Positions 9,506-17,153 of a DNA stretch of 64,000 nt are shown one piece after another. The position numbers and the translations under genes are program-made. Origin of the DNA: Dialister sp. (GTDB lineage: Bacteria > Bacillota > Negativicutes > Veillonellales > Dialisteraceae); NCBI RefSeq assembly GCF_036343215.1, contig NZ_JAZASU010000004.1:11595-75594 (forward strand), given 5' to 3'. Position 1 is the first letter of the stretch. Each line of letters opens with the position of its first letter. Below the pieces are notes generated by a model. That model was not told the DNA's origin. It worked only from the letters and a program-made list of their open reading frames with translations, and searched no databases.

Positions 9506-9800
9506 ATCCCATTTCTTCATTGAAACTGTACATTGGGGTTAATGGTTAATCGGCCGGACGGCTGTCATCTCATTTCTTCGTTGAGACTGTACATAGGGGT
9601 TAATGGTTAGCCGGCCCGACGGCTGTCATCCCATTTCTTCGTTGAGACTGTACATAGGGGTTAATGGATAATCGGCCGGACGGCTGTCATCCCAATTTCG
9701 TCATGGAAGCTGTACATTGGGGTTAATGGTTAACCGGCCCGACGGCTGTCATCTCATTTCTTCGTTGAGACTGTACATAGGGGTTAATGGTTAACCGGCT
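9506..9800. repeat. Tandem array of five 61-62 bp units
   Basis: Units start at 9506, 9567, 9628, 9689 and 9751; consensus ATCYCATTTCTTCGTTGAGACTGTACATAGGGGTTAATGGTTAAYCGGCCSGACGGCTGTC. Confidence 0.95.
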
Positions 9801-9863
9801 AACGGCTAATGGCTAACGGCTAACGGCTAATGGCTAACGGCTAACGGCTAATGGCTAACGGCT
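9801..9863. repeat. Heptamer tandem repeat (AAYGGCT)x9
   Basis: Perfect 21-bp higher-order period AACGGCT-AATGGCT-AACGGCT x3. Confidence 0.95.
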
Positions 9864-9904
9864 TTCTGCCTGGCTCAGGCAAAACCGGTGGGAAAGCAGT
9901 CTGT

Positions 9905-10470
9905 CTCCCCGCCTGTGCAAATCCCCCATATATACTCATGCCGCATCAGCGGCATACCTTCCCGCACCCCGCACCCCGCTCCCCGCACCCCGATATAAAG
10001 TTCATGAGGATTAAAGTTATTCATACCATGTTCCGCTTGACCCCATATATACTCCTCGCTGCATCAGCAGCGACACCTTCCCGACAGCACCGACATTCCC
10101 GAAACAATTCCCGAGACTCCCGATTCAAAAGCTTCAAAACCTTAAGCTGCCTTTTCTGAGAGCAGTTTCCAAATCTAATTCCCATAAAAACTCATGCCGC
10201 ATCAGCGGCGCACCTTCCCGCTCCCCGCACCCCGTTATAAAGTGCATGAAGATGAAGTTATTCATGCCATGTTCCGCTTACCCCTATAAGAAAATGCGCC
10301 CGCAGGGCGCCACCTTCACGGACCACGGACCACGGAGCACGCCCCACGAATTACTCAATGTCTGATTCCCCGCCTGTGTACAGTCCCCATATATACTCCT
10401 CGCTGCATCAGCAGCGACACCTTCCCGTTAGCCCCGACACCCCGATAGCCCCGACACCCCCGATTCAAAA
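9905..10470. repeat. BIME-like cluster of five REP-like hairpins with recurrent linkers
   Basis: ATGCCGC-ATCA-GCGGCA, TCGCTGC-ATCA-GCAGCGA and GCGCCC-GCA-GGGCGC hairpins each followed by (C/T)ACCTTC and a 7- or 9-mer tail, at about 9938, 10056, 10194, 10296 and 10400. Confidence 0.82.
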
Positions 10471-10612
10471 GTATTTCTTCCTTCCGCTTCCTTTCACTTT
10501 CAGCCAATCAAAAAATTAAATCCTTCGACTCCCGGTCTATTTATGGTATAATATAGAAAGGTATCAACCGAAATCGAATATGACGGGAATTTCCCGGGAA
10601 AGTGAGAATCCT

Positions 10613-10996
10613 ATGAAAAAGTTTGTTATTGCCCTTGGCATGGCTGCTGCCATTGCTGCAGGCACCCTGTCTGTTTCCGCTGAAAATTTCTGGAAATACA
10701 GCGACACCATCACCATCGATATGGATGAAACAAAGGTGAAGCAGACCACCAATGGTCATGAAATCCTGAGTTTCGTAGCCGTAGAAGCCATCGAAGGCGG
10801 CACCTGCACCTATACTTACGCCTATGACCGTACCGCAGGTACCATTACTGTCGTAGAAATGGAAAAGGAAACGAAATCCCTCCACTATACTTCCAACTTC
10901 ACCCCGGCCTCCATTAACTCCCGCAACCCGGTCATCCGCCAGCGTGCCAAGATGGCTGAAGACGTTTATCAGCGGAAAGTGAACAAGAAGAAATAA
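10613..10996 (+). CDS. Hypothetical exported protein
   Basis: Signal peptide MKKFVIALGMAAAIAAGTLSVSA; stop overlaps the next ATG. Confidence 0.75.
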   Translation: MKKFVIALGMAAAIAAGTLSVSAENFWKYSDTITIDMDETKVKQTTNGHEILSFVAVEAIEGGTCTYTYAYDRTAGTITVVEMEKETKSLHYTSNFTPASINSRNPVIRQRAKMAEDVYQRKVNKKK

Positions 10997-12282
10997 TGGC
11001 TCTCCAGAAACCGGAGTCCCCGGAAGAAGTTTCCGGGGACCTTCTTCATTTCATCGCCCGATCTCCGTCCACCTTCCATGCCGTGCGGGGCATGAAAGCG
11101 GCTCTCCTTTATGCGGGATTTCGGGAAATCCGGGAAGAAGATGAATGGCATATCGAAAAGGGCGGGAAATATGTGGTCACGAGGAATGGCTCTGCCCTCA
11201 TCGCCTTTTCCGTGCCCGAAGAGGGCGGGGAAAATTTTCATGTAGTGGCAGCCCACTGTGATTCCCCCACCTTCAAGATCAAAGAAAACCCGGAAATCAA
11301 AGCCGGTGCCTATACGAAACTGAATGTGGAAGCCTATGGCGGCATGATCATGTCCACCTGGCTGGACCGTCCCCTTTCCGTGGCAGGAAGGCTCATTGTC
11401 CGCGAGAATGGTCATCTGGCAGAAAAACTGGTGGCCATCGATGGGACCATGCTCGTCATTCCATCGGTAGCCATCCATATGGACCGGAATGTGAACCACA
11501 AAAAAGACTGGAATGTGCAGACCGATCTCCTTCCCCTCTATGGACTTTCTTCCGGAAAGACTCCTTTCATGGATGTCATTGCAGCCTCTGCAAAGGTGAA
11601 ATCCGAAGATATCCTGGCCCATGACCTCTATTTATACAGCCGTGTGCCCGGGACCATCTGGGGTGAAGAAAGGGAATTTATTTCCTCTCCGAAACTGGAT
11701 GACCTCCAGTGCGCCTTTGCCGCTTTCCGCGGATACACCATGGGCAAAAAGGAAAAGACCATTGCCGTCTATGCCCTTTTTGACAATGAAGAAGTGGGCA
11801 GTGAAACCGCCCGGGGCGCCGGTTCTCCCTTCCTTGCGACCGTCCTCACCCGTCTCTCCCTGTCCTTAGGAAATACGTACGATCAGACCATGGCCATGAT
11901 GGCCCGGTCCTTTATGATTTCCGCAGACAATGCCCACAGCATTCACCCGAACCATCCGGAATATGCGGACCCGGTCAATCAGCCCGTCATCAATGGAGGC
12001 ATCGTCATAAAATACTCCGCCCGCCAGAGCTATGCCACCGATGCCTTCTCGGCAGCTTATTTCAAAGACCTCTGCGGGAAATTCGATATTCCCACACAGA
12101 TTTTTACGAACCGCAGCGATAACCCCGGCGGTTCCACCCTTGGAAATATTTCCAGTACGAAAGTTTCCATGCCTACCGTGGATATCGGCCTCCCCATGCT
12201 GGCCATGCACTCTTCCTGGGAAACAGCCGGCGTAAAGGATACGGAAAATCTGGTCCATGTCATTTGTGAATTTTTCGCCTGA
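10996..12282 (+). CDS. M18 family (aspartyl) aminopeptidase
   Basis: AHCDSP, VEAYGGMIMSTWLDRPL, LDDL, DNEEVGS, SADNAH and MHS motifs. Confidence 0.93.
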   Translation: MALQKPESPEEVSGDLLHFIARSPSTFHAVRGMKAALLYAGFREIREEDEWHIEKGGKYVVTRNGSALIAFSVPEEGGENFHVVAAHCDSPTFKIKENPEIKAGAYTKLNVEAYGGMIMSTWLDRPLSVAGRLIVRENGHLAEKLVAIDGTMLVIPSVAIHMDRNVNHKKDWNVQTDLLPLYGLSSGKTPFMDVIAASAKVKSEDILAHDLYLYSRVPGTIWGEEREFISSPKLDDLQCAFAAFRGYTMGKKEKTIAVYALFDNEEVGSETARGAGSPFLATVLTRLSLSLGNTYDQTMAMMARSFMISADNAHSIHPNHPEYADPVNQPVINGGIVIKYSARQSYATDAFSAAYFKDLCGKFDIPTQIFTNRSDNPGGSTLGNISSTKVSMPTVDIGLPMLAMHSSWETAGVKDTENLVHVICEFFA

Positions 12283-12324
12283 CATGACGTTCCTTGCAAG
12301 TAGAAATACTTGACGTTAAAAGTT

Positions 12325-12460
12325 ATCAGTTCATAGTGATCAGTTCTCAGTGAAGGTGGCCCGCCTCAAATCAGAAGCGGGCCAATTTTTATATGAAATT
12401 TTATTTTTTGTAATGCAGCTATACCACATGAGCAGCCATACAACTGATAACTGCTAACTT
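12325..12460. repeat. REP-like element with heptamer tails
   Basis: TCAGT-type heptamers then GTGAAGGTGGCCCGC...GCGGGCC; AACTGAT/AACTGCT heptamers on the right. Confidence 0.6.
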
Positions 12461-12518
12461 TTAAAAATGGTATAATGTACTCAAACTTATCCTTTCGTTT
12501 TTTAAAGAGGTCACAACT

Positions 12519-13313
12519 ATGAAACTACGAATCGGACTGATCCAGATGCAGGTGGAAATGGGAAACCGGGCGGCCAATTTCGCCCATGCGAAGGAACTTC
12601 TTGAAAAGGCCATGGAAAAAAAGCCGGATATCCTTGTGCTGCCGGAAACCTGGAATACGGGATTCTTCCCGAAAGACCGGCTTTTAGAACTTTCTGATGA
12701 AGAGGGAAAGGAAACAAAAGCCCTCCTTTCTTCCCTTTCCGGGAAATATGGAGTCAATATTGTCGGTGGGACGACGGCCGTTCGAATCGGAAAAGATGTA
12801 TACAACAGAAGTTTTGTATTTGACCGGAAGGGAGACCTTGTTTCCTCTTTCGATAAAATGCATGGTTTCTCCCTTTCCGGAGAACCGGACTACTTCCGGA
12901 TGGGAGACCATCTGGCCCACTTTGAGCTGGACGGCATCCCCTGCTCCATGGCCGTGTGCTACGATATCCGTTTTCCCGAACTCATCCGCCGGGAAGCTCT
13001 CATGGGCGTAGATCTTTTCTTCGTGCCCGCAGCCTGGCCGAAAATCCGGAATGCCCACTGGGTGGGGCTCAACCGGGCCAGGGCCATTGAAAATCAGTTT
13101 TACCTTGCCGCCGTCAACGAAGGCGGTAAATCGGGAGGCCTGGATTACGCGGGCGAATCTCTCCTTCTGGACCCCTGGGGAGAGGATATCTGCCATCTGG
13201 GCACGGAAGAGGAAATTGCTTTCGGCCGCATGGATACAGATGTCATTCAGGAAGTGCGGACAAAAATCAATGTATTCCGTGACCGCCGGCCGGAATGGGA
13301 TATCGTAGAATAG
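12519..13313 (+). CDS. Carbon-nitrogen hydrolase (nitrilase-like amidase)
   Basis: LPETW (Glu), FDKMH (Lys), VCYDIRFPE (Cys) triad and RARAIENQ. Confidence 0.92.
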   Translation: MKLRIGLIQMQVEMGNRAANFAHAKELLEKAMEKKPDILVLPETWNTGFFPKDRLLELSDEEGKETKALLSSLSGKYGVNIVGGTTAVRIGKDVYNRSFVFDRKGDLVSSFDKMHGFSLSGEPDYFRMGDHLAHFELDGIPCSMAVCYDIRFPELIRREALMGVDLFFVPAAWPKIRNAHWVGLNRARAIENQFYLAAVNEGGKSGGLDYAGESLLLDPWGEDICHLGTEEEIAFGRMDTDVIQEVRTKINVFRDRRPEWDIVE

Positions 13314-13338
13314 CTGTTATTTTCAAATAATGCAATAC

Positions 13339-13380
13339 AAAAAGAGCCGTGAAAATGATTTCATTTCCACAGCTCTTTTT
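13339..13380. terminator. Bidirectional terminator
   Basis: AAAAAGAGC...GCTCTTTTT between convergent genes. Confidence 0.7.
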
Positions 13381-13387
13381 ATTTCCA

Positions 13388-13891
13388 TCAGAAGTGATAA
13401 TTGAGCCCGATACCGATACCGCCTTCGTTATCGATATCATCCCTGTCATAATAGGTGTAATTCACATCCAGATCAAAGGACGTGGGAACGATATCCAGCT
13501 GAAGGCCTGCCTTGTACTGTCTTTCTTCCTCGGAAACGAGGAGGCCTGCGTACGCATCGAGGGGTCCCAAGACTTTTGCCCTTCCTTCCACCAGGCCGAA
13601 TACTTTCGCATCCCGGTCATAGTAATTTCTCGAACCGGCGCCGACATAGATATTTCCGATTTTATACTTCGCATACACATCGGTTTCATCGCCCCGGTGG
13701 TTCCAGTGACGATATTCCGCGCCGATGGCCAGTTTCGGAATCGGTTTGATTTCCAGATGGCCGCCATGAATGCCGTCAGCTGCCGTATTGTAACTGTAGC
13801 CTGCATCGATATCCATAATCCCGCCAATGGCAAATGCGCTTCCCGCACCCGAGAGTGCCAGGACTGCCGCTAAAACTAAAATCTTCTTCAT
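13388..13891 (-). CDS. Small outer-membrane beta-barrel protein
   Basis: Signal peptide, alternating amphipathic strands, C-terminal aromatic (GLNYHF). Confidence 0.7.
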   Translation of the reverse strand: MKKILVLAAVLALSGAGSAFAIGGIMDIDAGYSYNTAADGIHGGHLEIKPIPKLAIGAEYRHWNHRGDETDVYAKYKIGNIYVGAGSRNYYDRDAKVFGLVEGRAKVLGPLDAYAGLLVSEEERQYKAGLQLDIVPTSFDLDVNYTYYDRDDIDNEGGIGIGLNYHF

Positions 13892-14019
13892 AAGGACTCC
13901 TCCTTTCTGTAATTCTCTCTTGATTATTATATACCCGATTTCAGGAAAACGGATAGAAAAATTATAAAATTTCTATAAATAACGGTTAGAGAAGTTTGAC
14001 ACATATCGTGATTCGTTGT

Positions 14020-14152
14020 TCATTCTCCGTTGTTCGTGGTCCGTGGTCCGTAGTCCGTGAAGGATATAGCTATTTTGCGAACCAATCTTATATGGTGTCC
14101 GCTTCATGAATGGATGCGGCCTCCTTCACTGACCACTTATCACTAACCACGG
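14020..14152. repeat. REP-like element with GTGAAGG...CCTTCAC ends and heptamer tails
   Basis: (CGTGGTC)n tail, GTGAAGGATAT at 14057, CCTTCAC at 14123-14129, CACTGAC/CACTTAT/CACTAAC tail. Confidence 0.75.
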
Positions 14153-14348
14153 TTTTATTCGTTCTTCGTAAAGATGCGTTAAAGAGGCAGGGCAGAATTA
14201 TGGATTCTTCACAGGTGCATTATTAATTTTTAAGAGGGACTACAGTTATGGGAAAACAAAGGTACTTTTTCTTATCAGCATAATCGATCAGGTATTTCCG
14301 AAGGCAGAAATTGAGCACGAATGGGTAGAAGGAGTAAGTAAATGAAAT

Positions 14349-14804
14349 TTATTTCTTATATTTTCCCATTGCTTTTAACAGCTTCGGATCTTCCCAGGAA
14401 CGATAAACAGGATTATTCATCAATGAAATTTCCCCGGAACGTTCCAACACGCTTATCGCAAAATCATCCACAATTTCAAGATCCCGACCTTTACAGGTAC
14501 TTATATCAACTTTAGCAAAAATATATCCCAAAAAGTCATACGGATTTGGAATAAATTGATCCGTACCACAATAATAGATAAACAACTGACAAAAATTAAT
14601 TACATCTTCCTTTAATGTACACTTTTTTCTTAAAAACTCATTCCAGGTTTCAAAAATATCAGCCCAGGCATAACCTTCTATAACTTTTTCGGCACAATCA
14701 AGATGATCCGTATGATCTTCAGAATCAAAATTTTCGTCATTAAAATCATTATTAAACAAATAATCCGTATATTTTTCCAGTTCAGCTTCCTTTTCCTTAT
14801 TCAT
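14349..14804 (-). CDS. Acidic hypothetical protein, putative immunity protein
   Basis: 151 aa, D/E-rich N-terminus. ATG 14804 with RBS GGAG overlaps the upstream toxin stop (ATGAATAA). Function is inferred from position. Confidence 0.6.
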   Translation of the reverse strand: MNKEKEAELEKYTDYLFNNDFNDENFDSEDHTDHLDCAEKVIEGYAWADIFETWNEFLRKKCTLKEDVINFCQLFIYYCGTDQFIPNPYDFLGYIFAKVDISTCKGRDLEIVDDFAISVLERSGEISLMNNPVYRSWEDPKLLKAMGKYKK

Positions 14805-15291
14805 TTTCATTTCTCCGTCTCTTTTTGAACAGAATTTGCGGTAATTTGCCAAATGCCTCATCAGCCACAGCCATAGATTGGGAATTTGGTTTATAATGTC
14901 CGCTTCGATTATCATATGAGTATATTTTACCCCCGTGAATAGATAATATTCCAGCCATTTTTACAACAGGATCTTTCCCTCCAATCAAAGTAGGATGGGG
15001 TGTAGGTAATCCATTTTCACCATTTCCATTTCGTTTCCCTACAATGATATTTCCATTTTTATCAATTACATAAGTCAAATGTTGCTCATTAAAATTTTTA
15101 GAGACAATGTAATTTCCCTTGATCATCTCGTTTAGATTTCTTGCTGTAGGATTCTTATCATAATGACCATCGTGAAATGTTTTATTTCTAACATCAAAGT
15201 CATGCATATGTTTTTCTACATGATACTCAGCGGCAAATGGTTGTGAAGAGCCGCTTGTTCCGCTGTAAGCTCCGCTGCTACCGCTTCCCAT
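14797..15291 (-). CDS. Predicted toxin, Ntox43-like nuclease-type domain with Gly/Ser-rich N-terminus
   Basis: Start MGSGSSGAYSGTSGSS at 15291 (RBS GGAGGG); YVID, HPTLIGG, AG and DNRSGHYKP motifs. Needs HMM confirmation. Confidence 0.68.
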   Translation of the reverse strand: MGSGSSGAYSGTSGSSQPFAAEYHVEKHMHDFDVRNKTFHDGHYDKNPTARNLNEMIKGNYIVSKNFNEQHLTYVIDKNGNIIVGKRNGNGENGLPTPHPTLIGGKDPVVKMAGILSIHGGKIYSYDNRSGHYKPNSQSMAVADEAFGKLPQILFKKRRRNENE

Positions 15292-15970
15292 ATTTCCCTC
15301 CATCCATATGTCTGATTTTGATCCAGTTATCATAATGATAAAACCGGGTGACATTACGATAATCTCCAAAAATACTATCCGGCATCGTTCCATAAACAAG
15401 AACAATTTCTGGTTCAAGAGTCTTTAGCATCTCTTCCAACCCACATTTAAAATTGTATTTTTCCAATTTGCTTTTAAGTTGTCCATATGTTCCAATAGAA
15501 ACTATGCTATGTTTCACTATTCCCAGAAATGCCACTTGTTCCTTCAAGATACATTTGGTATAAGTTCTTTCATCTCCCCATCGAACTTGCGGAATGACAT
15601 AACAACCTTTTTTCTGTAAATAGCTTCCAATGATACGGTTTCGATAAATATTAATCAGGTTGTTCATAAACGGTGCATCATAATACAAAGAGCAATCCGG
15701 AGTAATCACCGCAGTAAATTTCAACAATTCATCGACATAGTTCTGTGGATTCCTAATCAAATCAGCAAACATGATATCTTCTTCATAAAAGCCAATCGCC
15801 ACTCTTTCCCTGCCAGCCTTTTTTCTTTCAGAAAAAGGAACAATAATGTCCGGAATGATAAAATGACTTGGCCTTTCAACAATTGGAAATTCCAAAATTC
15901 CATCAAATCTGGACCCTGCAAACAGTTCCGGATTACATCCATCATCAAGACTGAGTTTACGTCTGCGCAT
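15278..15970 (-). CDS. DUF4417 domain protein
   Basis: IGFYEEDIMF, TPDCSLYYDAP, NIYRNR, VIPQVRWG, VSIGTYG and EPEIVLVYG pattern matches the family as I recall it. Confidence 0.83.
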   Translation of the reverse strand: MRRRKLSLDDGCNPELFAGSRFDGILEFPIVERPSHFIIPDIIVPFSERKKAGRERVAIGFYEEDIMFADLIRNPQNYVDELLKFTAVITPDCSLYYDAPFMNNLINIYRNRIIGSYLQKKGCYVIPQVRWGDERTYTKCILKEQVAFLGIVKHSIVSIGTYGQLKSKLEKYNFKCGLEEMLKTLEPEIVLVYGTMPDSIFGDYRNVTRFYHYDNWIKIRHMDGGKYGKR

Positions 15971-15996
15971 ATTTTCACTTCCTTTGATAAATAAAA

Positions 15997-16074
15997 ATAA
16001 GCCGCAATGACATGAATCACAGTTACAGCAGGAATTGCTGTTTTTCTGCGGTCTAGCACGTCAATGCGGCTTAT
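15997..16074 (-). promoter_or_regulatory. Long RNA hairpin between the Cys-rich peptide and DUF4417 (possible attenuator)
   Basis: ATAAGCCGCATTGACGTG pairs with CATGTCATTGCGGCTTAT (17 of 18), inner CGCAG/CTGTG and ACAGCA/TGCTGT stems, followed by TTTT and then the DUF4417 RBS. Confidence 0.7.
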
Positions 16075-16112
16075 CTGCAAGTAAGACATAAGAAGTCTTT
16101 TTATTCCATATA

Positions 16113-16265
16113 TTATTGTTTACCTATAGTGATTACGATGTCCTTACCTCCTTTTGCAACACATTTCTTTAGCACCTGAATCGGCCACTTTAAAGAATTT
16201 TTAGTTTTAATGATGAAACAATGCTTTCCGATAGGACATTTGCGGTCACAATAAAATATTTCCAT
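16113..16265 (-). CDS. 50-aa Cys-rich basic peptide (possible Zn-binding regulator), absent from the ORF track
   Basis: Strong RBS AAGGAGG; MEIFYCDRKCPIGKHCFIIKTKNSLKWPIQVLKKCVAKGGKDIVITIGKQ. Confidence 0.65.
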   Translation of the reverse strand: MEIFYCDRKCPIGKHCFIIKTKNSLKWPIQVLKKCVAKGGKDIVITIGKQ

Positions 16266-16337
16266 CTTCTTTTCCTCCTTTCCCTATCTCTATCTCTAAT
16301 TTTAAAGGGCGAAAATCATGTGGAATAGTTATCTATA

Positions 16338-16393
16338 CTGTTAACAGATAATCAGCAAGTAGATTTGCAAAAATGATTGAAAGTGGTTATACT
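16338..16393. promoter_or_regulatory. Divergent control region: palindrome CTGTTAACAG and + strand promoter
   Basis: Perfect 10-bp palindrome at 16338-16347; TTGCAA-17-TATACT at 16365-16393. Confidence 0.55.
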
Positions 16394-16479
16394 CGAAGTA
16401 AAGTAAATTCAACAATTCGTAAATGAGTTAATCATATCGTAAACATAATATTCACGGTATCGTATTCAGGAGATAATGC

Positions 16480-17007
16480 ATGGATCAAGATGACTTAACG
16501 CAGGAAATTGGGAAACATATAAAACATTACAGGAATGAACAGAAAATATCTCAACATGATTTAGCTGAAAGATCCTGTATTGCTGCGACAACTTTAAGCA
16601 GCTATGAAAACAATAAAAGAACGCCCAGTCTATATACGTTAGCTAAAATTGCCAACGCTCTTAATGTGACAATTGACGAACTTTATTACGGACGATATGA
16701 CTATACCTCCACGCAAAGGCTGACCCCTGGCGAAGAGATTGCCAATGCAGTGTTTGTATTATGGAAAAACGATTCATTAAATCTCGAAAGATATAATGAA
16801 CCTGCATCCAGGCTTTCTTTTAATTCTTATGACCATGAAATTCATCATCTGATCGGAGCCTTAAATGAAATAAGGGCTAGAAAAGATACGTATAATAATC
16901 CGGAAATGTTTTTGGAAGAACAATTGAGATCAGCGGCTACCGTTATGGAAAGGCTCTACGAACAGCGTGAAAGGATATTGAAATCGTCTTATAACCTTTT
17001 AAAATAA
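16480..17007 (+). CDS. XRE-family HTH transcriptional regulator with C-terminal extension
   Basis: IGKHIKHYRNEQKISQHDLAERSCIAATTLSSYENNKRTPSLYTLAKIANALNV. Confidence 0.87.
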   Translation: MDQDDLTQEIGKHIKHYRNEQKISQHDLAERSCIAATTLSSYENNKRTPSLYTLAKIANALNVTIDELYYGRYDYTSTQRLTPGEEIANAVFVLWKNDSLNLERYNEPASRLSFNSYDHEIHHLIGALNEIRARKDTYNNPEMFLEEQLRSAATVMERLYEQRERILKSSYNLLK

Positions 17008-17094
17008 TTTTCTAATTTTAGCTGCTTTTTAACTTCACTACAATTCCGGTAATTGAAATCAAACATCTATTAACTTTCACCGGAACAAAATACA

Positions 17095-17133
17095 AAATAA
17101 AACCCTGTCCGCAAAGCAGACAGGGTTTTATTT
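17095..17133. terminator. Bidirectional terminator
   Basis: AAATAAAACCCTGTC-loop-GACAGGGTTTTATTT. Confidence 0.8.
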
Positions 17134-17153
17134 ATGTAAAGTTCCAGAATGTA

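Noticed and set aside
9506-9800. 61-bp array as a CRISPR
   Set aside because: The whole unit is conserved, there are no unique spacers and no cas genes are in the window.
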